Shown here piece after piece: positions 46,053 to 57,979 of a stretch of 64,000 nucleotides of DNA (position 1 is the first letter of the stretch; the number at the start of each line of letters is the position of its first letter). A model generated the notes under the pieces. It made no database searches. It was not told the DNA's origin and saw only the letters and a list, made by a program, of their open reading frames with translations. This DNA is from Alloascoidea hylecoeti. Taxonomy: Eukaryota. The stretch spans positions 150,194-214,193 of the forward strand of contig BCKZ01000009.1 of NCBI GenBank assembly GCA_001600815.1, given 5' to 3'. A program made the translations under genes and the position numbers.

Positions 46053-47192
46053 TCACTTACAATAAAACAGCTTGATAATTTTCTTAAATTGTTTTTCATT
46101 AAGGTGAAATTTTTCTCTGCTTTCAGTTAAAATACCAAATTTAACTTTAGACATTTTTTCACCTTTTTCGAAATTATCCGACCAAAGATGTTCACCTCCA
46201 ATTAATTGAAAGATTTTACCTTGAATAATTTCGGCTTCCAATCCTTTCTTTTTCATTAGTTCACTGTATTTCCAAATCAAAATGTGACCTAAAAGAGATA
46301 AGGCGGTAATATTTGGTTTTCCAGTTAATCCAATAAAATCTGGTATTTGAGCAAAAACGAGTTTTACAGTCTCTTTATTTAAAGAACGTAAGAATAAACG
46401 ACCACCACATGCTGATCGAATAGCAATCATACTTAATTGTTTCTTTAAAATTTTATCTCTTAACTTGTCTTGATTTTGTTTTAAAATTACAATGAGGTTC
46501 TCATAATCAAACCCGGTTGGAACTTGTATTTTACTAACTGTGGCATGCATTGAATGCTCTAATTCCAACTCTGTATCAGCACCGATATCTGTAGTAGTAC
46601 CAACTTCTGTAGCATTATCATCAAAATCTTCAAATTCGTGGGTGATTCTAGAACTACTCTTGCCAGATTCCAAAAGTGTAACATTTTTCAGGTTCTTACT
46701 TAAAACATCAATCTCTGAATCAGAAGCAGAATCTGTAGAAGAAACATCACCATCACAATCGACTGTAGGATGATTATGATAGAAAAGACGTGGTTGAATA
46801 ACATGTGATCCCCTATTGAAGTCATCATAATCTTTAACTTGAGCTTGAGTAAATGTTGACTTATTGGAATGGACATCATTAACGTTCTTTTTTGCCTTCA
46901 AGAAGGACTGATAAGGAGTAGACAGCTTTCCGGTTGATGTTGAAGCAGATGTCTCCACCCCATCAGTATCTGAATACACATTGGAAAATTCAGGTTTATC
47001 ATTATCATTATCATCATCATCATCATCGTCGTCGTCGTCGTCCAATTTATCAGTCTCATATTCTGAGGATTCTACCTCACTGGTGGATACTGAAGCAAGA
47101 TCATACTCACTGGGGGTTTCTGGGAGAGACCAATCTGAATCAGATAAACTCATGACCTTCTCTAGCAAAGAAGAAGGTGAATTCGTGGACAT
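46053..47192 (-). CDS. Unknown protein with an acidic Ser/Asp-rich N-terminal two-thirds and a basic helical C-terminal domain
   Basis: ~379-aa ORF from ATG 47192; no family recognised. Confidence 0.7.
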   Translation of the reverse strand: MSTNSPSSLLEKVMSLSDSDWSLPETPSEYDLASVSTSEVESSEYETDKLDDDDDDDDDDDNDNDKPEFSNVYSDTDGVETSASTSTGKLSTPYQSFLKAKKNVNDVHSNKSTFTQAQVKDYDDFNRGSHVIQPRLFYHNHPTVDCDGDVSSTDSASDSEIDVLSKNLKNVTLLESGKSSSRITHEFEDFDDNATEVGTTTDIGADTELELEHSMHATVSKIQVPTGFDYENLIVILKQNQDKLRDKILKKQLSMIAIRSACGGRLFLRSLNKETVKLVFAQIPDFIGLTGKPNITALSLLGHILIWKYSELMKKKGLEAEIIQGKIFQLIGGEHLWSDNFEKGEKMSKVKFGILTESREKFHLNEKQFKKIIKLFYCK

Positions 47193-47434
47193 TATGTAAA
47201 GATTATTTATAATTAGATGGTCAAGCAGCAATTAACGTTGGGATAAGAAAAAAGAGGGATACGATAATAGATAACACCTGCAGGGGCAAGGCTTACAACC
47301 ATACTATAAGCTATAGCTAGGTAGTATAAGTTAGATCATCGATACATCATTCTCTTTCGTTTCAACTTCACAAAATATGTTTTATTTCTTTTATATATAT
47401 ATCGTTTTATATTTTATGTAAATATGTTTCAAAT

Positions 47435-48779
<1,345 letters not shown>

Positions 48780-48959
48780 CTGGACGTTGTTGGTAAAAGT
48801 TTTGGTGTTGTAAAACAATTTAAACTTTTAAATTCCATACAAGTAATATACACCAATGAAAGATATTTCAATTGTTTCTGTTAAAAAGAATGTACTCTAC
48901 GATATTTATATAAGTAAAAATATAATAAGTATTAATGCTTATATATAAAATTTAATCTA

Positions 48960-49706
48960 TCATGAATATTGTTCTAAGAGTGGATCATTATAACGAACAT
49001 AGGCACCCCGAAGGTCCGAACCTTCACCTTTCAACGCCAAATTAGCCAAAACTGTACCTGGGACAACAGGATCGAGTAATTGGTTATTTTTCTTCAAATC
49101 CAAAAATCTGGAATGGCCGGCTCCCATACCTTCAGCATGCTTTTCTCTGATATCGTCTTGCATGGACGTATTCACAACGCCAGGCGCAACACTAATGGTG
49201 AAAATATCCGGTTCCTCGGCAGCTATAGACAGTGCAAGGTGGTTTATAGCTGCTTTGGTCGACCCATAAAGACCCCACCCAAGGTATCCTTTTGTAGAGG
49301 CGCCGGATGAAACGTAAACTATTCTACCTTTAGATTTTCTTAAATGTGGAATGGCCTTAGCAGATAAATCAACGACTGAAAAGAAGTTGATGTCAAAAGC
49401 TTCCTTCCACTCTTCCACAGAAGCATTGGCGACCTGATCCACCTGTCCCAAGACTCCCGCATTGAACACAATGGCATCCAACTTTCCCTGCTCTCCAATG
49501 ACTTTATCCAGGAGAGTAGCTGCCGTTTTCGAGTCAGCTACATCACCAGTGACATAGTCGAAATTGGCATGTTTTGCTTTGAGTGTCTCCAAAGAAGCTG
49601 CACTTCGCGACACACCGTAAACGAAGGTGGAAGGGTCTGCCAACAATTTCTGAACGGTTGCAAGCCCAATTCCCCGGGAGGCACCTGTGACAATTATCAC
49701 GCTCAT
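48960..49706 (-). CDS. Short-chain dehydrogenase/reductase (YIR035C/IRC24-like)
   Basis: TGASRGIG, NAG, SSGA, YGSTK and APGVV.T.MQ motifs; ATG at 49706. Confidence 0.92.
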   Translation of the reverse strand: MSVIIVTGASRGIGLATVQKLLADPSTFVYGVSRSAASLETLKAKHANFDYVTGDVADSKTAATLLDKVIGEQGKLDAIVFNAGVLGQVDQVANASVEEWKEAFDINFFSVVDLSAKAIPHLRKSKGRIVYVSSGASTKGYLGWGLYGSTKAAINHLALSIAAEEPDIFTISVAPGVVNTSMQDDIREKHAEGMGAGHSRFLDLKKNNQLLDPVVPGTVLANLALKGEGSDLRGAYVRYNDPLLEQYS

Positions 49707-50007
49707 GCTGAATAACGATGATCCGCATGAAACGAATCGGGAAATGGCAGATGTGTTGAAGTGCGGGTAACTCAGCGTGCTTTTCGCGATAACACAGTTT
49801 ATTAAATTTATTGGAGTGCCAACATACAACAAACAAACTCCAAAATTATTAAAAGACACTGCTGTTCCTTCAACCCTTTTTCTCCCAGGAAAACACCCCT
49901 GTTTTGCTTGTAGCCCCTTAGATTCTTGATCTCCTCAACTCCAACGGAACATTTCATCTTATTACCACCTAGTCTGTCTCGCTATTATTACTGCTACTTT
50001 TACAAAA

Positions 50008-51912
50008 ATGGATCCTTCCCGAATATACACACCTCCAAGGAATAACCCCACCTCGTATTCAAGCCCTCCTCCGACTCTTGCTTCCAACCTTACCCCGGCC
50101 TTTAATTCCGTTTCGTTACAATCCCCTAGGTCGGAATCAAAAAGAAAACTTAATGTTGATTCACCTTCTTTTAAACCATCCTTCGGTAATGGCTTTTCTA
50201 ATTTTACTAAAAGCTCCCCAAAATTGGCTGATATTCACACCTTCATACCACAATCCTTACGATTGAAAGGTGATAAGAATGATAAAAGTGACAAAAATTC
50301 CCAGTTTGGCTCTCCAAAGACAAAACAAAAGGCAAAGACTTTTAATGTTGAAACCCCAGCCTTCACCCCTCAATCCAGTTCAACCAATCTTACTAACATT
50401 TCATTTAATTCAGCTACGAACTCTGGTAGGTCCGCGTCACCCTCTCTTGTGAGTGCAGACGCAAATCTGCGTTCAAATATCACCTCCTCTTCCAGGGCTT
50501 CTACTCCAGCAATCAATGCAAACGACTATCAGAATTCATATATTCAGTATAACTCATCGGACATGTATTATCCCCAACAATCTTATCCTCTACAATATCA
50601 TTTATATGCACCACATCCCACCCAATTCTTGAACTTGAAGCCGTATCAAAGGTCGATTCAGAACTTATTTATTCCCGATGATCTAAGAGAGGATTTACAA
50701 CGGAAATCAGAAGCTATATTACAAGTTATTCCTGGTTCTAAACTTCCGGATCATGTACATACATATCACACTTTGGTCCCATTAGATACAAGTCTTGAAA
50801 AGAAGAGTAATATCTTTGGATTCTTAACTTCTTTATATAAAGCTTTTTCAAATGTTGATGGTAAAACATATGCTTTAAGAAGACTTGAAGGTTTCAGATT
50901 AACAAATGAAAAAGCAATTAATACTGTTCAAGCTTGGAAAGCAATTTGTAGTGCCAATGTTGTTGATTTACACGAAGCATTTACAAGTGTTGCTTTTGGT
51001 GATAGTTCATTAATTTGTGTTTATGATTATTTTCCAAATTCATCAACTTTATATGATTTACATTATGCGAAAAAATCACATACTCATAAAAAGACAATGA
51101 TTCAAGAAGATGTTATTTGGTCATATATTGTTCAAATCAACAATGCAATTAATATCATACATCAAGGTGGTCTAGCTGCTAGAGCCTTGAGTCCGACCAA
51201 GATCATTGTAACAAGTAAGAATAGAATTCGTCTTAGTAGTTGTGGTATTTTGGATATTTTACAATATTCGGATAGTGATGATAATATTGAAGAATTACAA
51301 CAAGAAGATTTTATGAAGTTCGGAAGACTAATCCTTGAATTAGCCCTCCTTAATACAGGACCAGCAATACAATCAAAGATCAATGCAGCAAGTGGTAATA
51401 TTCAAGCCATTGTTCAACTTTTACCATATTCAGCATCATTAAAAGAAGTTTTACAATATCTATCTCTACCTTCAACAATTAAGAAATCAAGTACTGATTT
51501 AGCAGCAAAAATGGCCCCACAAATAATGAATGTTTTAAATAAACTACAATACTCTAAAGACTTTACTGAATCAGCTTTATCAACAGAATTAGAAAATAGC
51601 CGTCTTGTACGTTTATTAACCAAAATGGGTATAATTAATGAACGTCCTGAATTTGATCATGATCCTTCTTGGTCTGAAAGTGGTGATAGATATTTGATCA
51701 AGTTATTTAGAGATTATGTTTTCCATCAAGAAGATGAATTTGGTAAACCTGTTATAAATATGACATATATTTTAAAACAATTGAATAAATTAGATGCTGG
51801 ACTTAATGAGAAAATAATGTTAGTTTCTAGAGATGAACAAAGTTGTTTGATTGTATCATATAAAGAAATTAAAGACTGTATGGAAAAGGCATTTGGTGAT
51901 CTGAGTAGATGA
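50008..51912 (+). CDS. PAN3: PAN2-PAN3 deadenylase subunit PAN3
   Basis: PLQYHLYAP, LFIPDDLREDLQRK, pseudokinase body, ELENSRLVRLL.K...INERPE....WSE.GDRY..KLFRDYVFHQ. Confidence 0.95.
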   Translation: MDPSRIYTPPRNNPTSYSSPPPTLASNLTPAFNSVSLQSPRSESKRKLNVDSPSFKPSFGNGFSNFTKSSPKLADIHTFIPQSLRLKGDKNDKSDKNSQFGSPKTKQKAKTFNVETPAFTPQSSSTNLTNISFNSATNSGRSASPSLVSADANLRSNITSSSRASTPAINANDYQNSYIQYNSSDMYYPQQSYPLQYHLYAPHPTQFLNLKPYQRSIQNLFIPDDLREDLQRKSEAILQVIPGSKLPDHVHTYHTLVPLDTSLEKKSNIFGFLTSLYKAFSNVDGKTYALRRLEGFRLTNEKAINTVQAWKAICSANVVDLHEAFTSVAFGDSSLICVYDYFPNSSTLYDLHYAKKSHTHKKTMIQEDVIWSYIVQINNAINIIHQGGLAARALSPTKIIVTSKNRIRLSSCGILDILQYSDSDDNIEELQQEDFMKFGRLILELALLNTGPAIQSKINAASGNIQAIVQLLPYSASLKEVLQYLSLPSTIKKSSTDLAAKMAPQIMNVLNKLQYSKDFTESALSTELENSRLVRLLTKMGIINERPEFDHDPSWSESGDRYLIKLFRDYVFHQEDEFGKPVINMTYILKQLNKLDAGLNEKIMLVSRDEQSCLIVSYKEIKDCMEKAFGDLSR

Positions 51913-52007
51913 GTTGTATAGATAAATAAATCTAATAAACATTATAATAGAATGATTGCTTCGTTTGTATTCATGGTGCATAAAAAATGAATTCTATTAT
52001 GCAATGA

Positions 52008-52186
52008 TTTCACTTACTTTCGGCCATTCTAGTTACTAATTATCAGACATCCCCACAACAAATGTTCGGCCAAGTTGGCTTTCGAAGTTGTCCCATATCA
52101 ACGAATTATACAGACAATAATGGAGCCGAAAGTTAGTTGTGGGATGGCGGATAATTAATGATCAACATGGCCTAAATTAAGTAAAA
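52008..52186. mobile_element. ~180-bp MITE/foldback-like element with ~63-bp imperfect inverted arms (identity as a TE not proven)
   Basis: 52008-52070 vs reverse complement of 52125-52186: 48/63 identical by hand alignment; related arms elsewhere in the window. Confidence 0.55.
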
Positions 52187-52316
52187 TATATGTTAATAAG
52201 CATACCTGCATACATCTTTGTTTGTGTATGCATATTCGCATTCTTCTCAATTATATGAATTCTAACCGCAAGATATATTGATAATTAGCAAAAATATACA
52301 TTATCATTATAAGAAA

Positions 52317-53684
52317 ATGATATTCAAACATTTCCATGCAGAACTGAGACGTCTCAAGGTACATATTCGTCATCATTTAAACAAAGTCCGCTCAAATTCT
52401 CTTATTCAAACGAAAAATGATAGCGGTTCATTTACAACACTACGAACACAAACACAAATTTCCACCGAAACATTGATCAGCATGGAACCAGAACCAGAAT
52501 CAGATATTGAGAGTCATATTGATGGGCTTTCTAATTTTAGTGATTCTATAGATCCTAGATCAATTGAAACTTATGATGTTTCTCATTTAATTGATGTGAA
52601 TGATACTTCTAAATTAGAAAAATCTTTATTTAAGGAGGATTTACAAAATGAATATGATATCGATAAAGAAAAAAATAATTATGATACAAAGAGCGATTAT
52701 TTTTTTATAACAGATTCACCTATACCAATATCTTCAAAATATAATAAAAGTGTTATTCCAGTAAATAACGAAACTTTGAACGGAATTAATTATGGTTTTA
52801 TTGAACCTTTGAAACACTATTTATCTACTAATGGATCTAGACCATCACGATCCTCTTCCCAACCGTCAAACAAAGGCGTGAATATGAGCAAATTGAATTC
52901 TACGATCGCTGCAAAAACAGCAGCTTCTTTACAGATAAATAATTTGAAAAATGATGGCGGACCTGATCCACCTGTTGCAATTGGAGATTCATCTTATCGA
53001 TTTATAAACAAAAGAAAAAACAAAAGTCATAATTACAGGCAAATTAAGTACTCATTAAGAGATTCAGTTAATGAAAATCATGGCGGTAAATGTGAATGGA
53101 AAGATAAAAATATTGATCTTAATATTAATAAGAATAGTTGTATTAAGTCAATTACTGGCGAAGGAACTAAAGGCTTAAGTATGAAATTGGTTTTGCTATT
53201 GTAATTAGGTGGTTGTTATTAACAAACAAATTTAATAGATATGGGCTTAGGACAATCATATGAATTATCTCACACCACAAAGGAGGTTTGGAAAAGAAAT
53301 AACCCTTGGTATTCATCAAGCAATTGTAGTACAAAGGTTGATATGCTAATTGATGAACTTGAGACTCAAGTTAGTGAAAATCATTACCAAGTCAATAAAG
53401 AAAACCAGCTGATAATGATACCCACAAAACAGAAAAGTACTTCTAATATCAAATCCCGTTCAGCACCATTAGTAGTCAAGAAAAGTTCAATTAATACTAC
53501 AGATACAGGGGAGATAATATATCAAAGGAATAAAGAGAATCGAAACCCGGATAGTTCATATAGTTCATCACTTACAACTGATAATAAATTACCTTCACAA
53601 TATGCATTCTCAATCAACTCTAACCAAGATACTCCTCCATTAAAACTTTCATTACGACAAATTAATATCAATTCGAATTTTTAA
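52317..53684 (+). CDS. Unknown Ser/Asn-rich protein; exons 52317-53178 and 53239-53684
   Basis: Two ORFs joined in frame by a 60-nt GTATGA..TATTAAC..TAG intron. Confidence 0.65.
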
Positions 53685-54321
53685 ATAATAATAAAGAAAT
53701 ATTTTGAAATTGTTGAAGTATTAAATATTTATTAGAAAATTTATAAGTTAGTGAAATTATACCACAGCTATAGTGACAGTCTACCAATAATACTTCTATG
53801 AGGAATTTCTTTTAATTCAATAATATTATGTTATAGATATCGATGCTTACTTATAAATATAGAAGTATTACTGCAAATTAAAGCTTAATAAACGTCTTTA
53901 TAAACTTATGCAACCGTAAGAGGACATTAATATAGGTAGATGTCTCATAATTTTAGTTTAGATAATAGTTAATATTTCAAAGAGTGAAGTTAAAGTTTTA
54001 TACCAATATAAGCGTATGCCTGCATGCACAATCAAAGTTCAATCTTTTCCCAATTCATCTAGTAATAGCTATCAAATTTTCAATTTCAAAACGATTTAGA
54101 TGTTTGAAGAGCAATTTGTATTTTAAAACAGTGCTTAATATGAGATGTTTCATTTCATATATTTCCCGATTTTGTTCTTAATTAAACTTGGGGTTAAAAG
54201 AATAATATCTTCTATAAATCTCAAATTATATTCTAAGTTTTCTTCCTTTTTTCTTTTAACTATCTAATAATAATCCACCATTTTCTCTAAATAAATATAT
54301 ATCTTTTCATAAATAATCATA

Positions 54322-55665
54322 ATGGGGTGTTGTGTTAGTACAGAAATAGACGATTATAATTTTCAAAGACAAGCACAATTAAACGATGCTATCGATCGTT
54401 CAATAATAAAATTATATCAAAACAAAAGCATCAAAATTCTTCTTCTCGGAACTGGTGAATCAGGAAAATCAACGGTTTTAAAGCAAATGAAGCTATTACA
54501 TAAGGGTGGATTTTCTGATGAAGAGAAATTGCAATATGTACAGGTCATATGGACCGACGCTTTGCAATCTATGAGAACATTGATTGTTAATGCAAGAAGA
54601 TTGAATATTTCATTAGATTGTGATGAAGTCGATAGTGGATTAATGGCATACAGGAATATCATTTTAAGTGTGAATCCTGAAAAGGCATTGGAAATGATTG
54701 ATGTTAACGCAGCAGGAGGTAAAGATTTTATTGCAGATTATTTATTGAAATATTCTACAAGAGGAGAAAGACAGAGAAGAGGTGGACATAATAAATCTAT
54801 TCCAAATTGGGATAACTCAAACATTCAAGTTGATGAGCTTTTAGGATCTGACGATGATGCTAGTACTTTATTAGATGGTAAACCTCAATTAACTACAGGA
54901 TTTTATAATACCTCAAAGATAAGCAATTCAACAAACGGGAATGGAACGAATCCTACCAAAATACAATTAGCAAAGGCTATCAACATGCTTTGGAAGGGAG
55001 ATAGGGGTATTAAGCAATGCCTTGCACGATCTAATGAGTTTCAATTATCAGAAAACGCGGCCTATTACTTTGATAATATTGAGAGGTATTCAGAAGCTGG
55101 ATGTAAATTGAATGATGAAGATATCTTAAGAGGAAGGGTGAAAACTACAGGTATCAATGAAACATCTTTTTTGATCAACGGAATGACAGTTACATTAATA
55201 GATGTTGGTGGACAGAGAAGTGAGCGCAAGAAATGGTTACATTGCTTTAATGACATTAATATGGTACTATTTGTCGTGGCTATCAGTGAATATGACCAAA
55301 AACTGTTTGAAGATCAAAATATCAATCGAATGCATGAATCACTACATTTATTTGATTCTATTGTGAACTCTCCCATTTTTCATAGAACGCCGTTTATGTT
55401 GTTTATGAATAAGAAAGATTTGTTTGAAAAAAAGATTATCAGCTCACCTATTCGACATTATTTCCCTAGTTATGAAGGGAAAATTGGAGATTATACAGCC
55501 GGAGAAAAATACTTTCAAAACCTATTTTTGTCTCGCAATAAAACCAATAAACCCATTTATGTCCATAGTACGTGTGCTACGGATACCACCCAAATGGATT
55601 CTGTACTTGCAGCAGTAACAGATATGATCACTAGAGAAAGTTTGAAGATGAGCGGTCTTCTATAA
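54322..55665 (+). CDS. GPA1: Heterotrimeric G-protein alpha subunit, GPA1-like
   Basis: MGCC lipidation start, GTGESGKST, RVKTTGI, DVGGQRSERKKW, NKKD and TCATDT motifs; LKQMKLLH.GGF and a helical-domain insert as in yeast Gpa1. Confidence 0.88.
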   Translation: MGCCVSTEIDDYNFQRQAQLNDAIDRSIIKLYQNKSIKILLLGTGESGKSTVLKQMKLLHKGGFSDEEKLQYVQVIWTDALQSMRTLIVNARRLNISLDCDEVDSGLMAYRNIILSVNPEKALEMIDVNAAGGKDFIADYLLKYSTRGERQRRGGHNKSIPNWDNSNIQVDELLGSDDDASTLLDGKPQLTTGFYNTSKISNSTNGNGTNPTKIQLAKAINMLWKGDRGIKQCLARSNEFQLSENAAYYFDNIERYSEAGCKLNDEDILRGRVKTTGINETSFLINGMTVTLIDVGGQRSERKKWLHCFNDINMVLFVVAISEYDQKLFEDQNINRMHESLHLFDSIVNSPIFHRTPFMLFMNKKDLFEKKIISSPIRHYFPSYEGKIGDYTAGEKYFQNLFLSRNKTNKPIYVHSTCATDTTQMDSVLAAVTDMITRESLKMSGLL

Positions 55666-55738
55666 TATGACTTATATATATTTACAGTTTATAATTAGTT
55701 CCAACATATATTAGTTTTTATTAAAAATTGTTATATCC

Positions 55739-56722
55739 TCAACTTCCAGCCTTTCTAAAAGTCAAATAAACCAAGCTTTGATACTTTAGTTTTTTACGGC
55801 ACATACTACACTCCCCATAAGCTGGTGTAGCTCTTTCAACCGAAGATACTGCCTTGAAAACACAATCACGACAGTAGATGTGACCACAAGGTGTTGCAAT
55901 AACTTGTTCAGACTCCTCGAAACATATAGGACAAGTAAAATCTCGCAGTCGTTTAAGCGGAGGCTGTCCTGGCTTCTTAAGAAAATTTTCTTGTCCTTCT
56001 TCCTCTTCTTCTTGTGATTCCTCCTCCTCTTCATCTATTTCTTGTTCATCATCGTTACTGCCGATCTCTATTATATCACAGTCGGTTGAAGGAATATCTT
56101 TATCTTTATCAGAGGACCCTATTACAATTTCCGGAGATTTCCCTCTGAAAAGCATTTGAAGAGGAACATCCTCAGAACTAATCATGACACCTTCGCTGAG
56201 AGTATTTCCTTTTCTATTGGTAACGCCACTATCGACAGCGTTAGTAATAGAAGGCTCTATTATAGAATTATTTCCTTCTAGAACATTTGAAGAAGCAGAT
56301 CCGTTAGTTGGATTAGGTTGATCATTATTACTTTGATAATTGTATCTATTAATTGGATCAACGTGAATATCCTCTATTGTATTTGTAGTTTCATCGACAT
56401 CTAGAAATACATCTGAAGCATTATCCGAATCTCTACCACTATTTGCATGTAAGGGTATATTTCTAGATTCATTCTTCACATGTATATTCTCTTCGACACT
56501 GGTGTTCCCCCCTACTCCCAGATTTCTTTCTGTAGATAACATCATCCCCGAAGTTTCCCCATCATTATTTGTAGTAGTAACCCGTCTTCTTTTCCTTTGT
56601 GGCGATTCTGTAGTATTGTGTGGATTGGCCATTATTGTTTGTCTCTGATCTGAGTTGGATACTGCTCCATTCGAAGAGTTTATGGGATCGGAGGAGAATG
56701 TTGTTTCACCATCACTTATCAT
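55739..56722 (-). CDS. C-terminal RING-finger protein with SIM-like motifs (SLX8/RNF4-like STUbL subunit)
   Basis: CPIC..TPCGHIYC..C...G.C..CRKK RING; EIVI and DIIEI motifs next to acidic tracts. Confidence 0.75.
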   Translation of the reverse strand: MISDGETTFSSDPINSSNGAVSNSDQRQTIMANPHNTTESPQRKRRRVTTTNNDGETSGMMLSTERNLGVGGNTSVEENIHVKNESRNIPLHANSGRDSDNASDVFLDVDETTNTIEDIHVDPINRYNYQSNNDQPNPTNGSASSNVLEGNNSIIEPSITNAVDSGVTNRKGNTLSEGVMISSEDVPLQMLFRGKSPEIVIGSSDKDKDIPSTDCDIIEIGSNDDEQEIDEEEEESQEEEEEGQENFLKKPGQPPLKRLRDFTCPICFEESEQVIATPCGHIYCRDCVFKAVSSVERATPAYGECSMCRKKLKYQSLVYLTFRKAGS

Positions 56723-56816
56723 TATGCTATTTCAAGTACACAATTGGAAACTATAATTTACTCAAATCTCAAATCTCAAATCTGATTGATGTAGGGATGT
56801 ATTACGATAACCATTG

Positions 56817-56831
56817 TAGGGTTTAGCCCTA
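56817..56831. promoter_or_regulatory. TAGGG-N5-CCCTA palindrome upstream of RPL23 (Tbf1-like ribosomal-protein promoter element)
   Basis: TAGGGTTTAGCCCTA ~145 bp upstream of the ATG. Confidence 0.45.
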
Positions 56832-56974
56832 TATCATATTTCCAAATTGGGAATTTACATGTGCAATATTGTGAATGACAGCGTAGATTTGAGTACGTCT
56901 TTGGGCTTTTGAATGAGAAGTTTCATACAACATCAAATTTAAGGAATTATTACTAAACCAAAAAATCAATAACA

Positions 56975-57712
56975 ATGTCAGCTTCTGGTGCTACTGGTAC
57001 AAAATTTAGAGTGTCGGTAAGTGCAATTTAATCAGAACAGTTTCTTTATAAAGATGAATAAGTTTGAGTATTGCGAAGTCCACGTTAAACCTGAGGTAAA
57101 GGGTTGACTGAAAAATGAATCAGATGAATCAATCGGAGACAAACAGATCAAACAACATCATCAATATACAACGTTATATTCGAAAATAATCCTAAAGATC
57201 TTTTAAGAGATTTAATGTTTCAACCGTTATTCAAATGAATTTGGATCATTTTACTACTTTGCGTGTATCTTCATAATTAATACTCATTCTACAATCATTG
57301 AGAGCCAATATTTGATCGAATGCTAACATTTTTTTGATAGCTTGGTTTACCTGTTGGTGCCGTCATCAACTGTGCCGATAACTCTGGTGCAAGAAATTTA
57401 AATATAATTGCCGTCAAAGGATTTGGTGCCCGATTAAATCGTTTACCAGCTGCTGGTCTTGGAGATATGGTTATCGCTACAGTTAAGAAGGGTAAGCCAG
57501 AATTAAGAAAGAAGGTTATGCCAGCTATTGTTGTTCGTCAATCAAAGCCATGGAGGAGAAGAGACGGTGTATTTCTTTACTTTGAAGATAACGCCGGTGT
57601 CATTGTCAACCCCAAAGGTGAAATGAAAGGTTCTGCTATTACTGGACCAGTTGGTAAAGAATGTGCCGATTTATGGCCAAGAATTGCTTCTAACTCTGGT
57701 GTTGTTGTCTAA
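56975..57712 (+). CDS. RPL23: 60S ribosomal protein uL14 (RPL23); exons 56975-57016 and 57341-57712
   Basis: [56 protein letters not shown]; 324-nt GTAAGT..TGCTAAC..TAG intron. Confidence 0.97.
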
Positions 57713-57907
57713 ATAAACGAGCGATGTTAAACCATTTAATCTTAATCTTATCTGATAATAATCCAATACAAATTGTAAAATTACTTAGATATTATTTTTC
57801 ATGAAACTATTTGTTTTAGCCAATTGTAAGGCTTATAACGGTAGGATGTAAATTTAAATATGTAGTTGTAATTATTATATGGTGTTGCAGACAACCGTGC
57901 TGAATCT

Positions 57908-57913
57908 ACGCGT
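57908..57913. promoter_or_regulatory. MCB element ACGCGT upstream of TEL1
   Basis: Exact MCB ~70 bp upstream of the ATG; function inferred. Confidence 0.4.
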
Positions 57914-57979
57914 CAAGATTTGTGTTTACACTTCTCCATATATTTCTTCTACCAATGAAGACATCATAACAATATTACC

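Noticed and set aside
57017..57340. Intronic snoRNA in the long RPL23 intron
   Set aside because: No clear C box (RTGATGA) paired with a D box and terminal stem; long introns are normal in yeast ribosomal-protein genes
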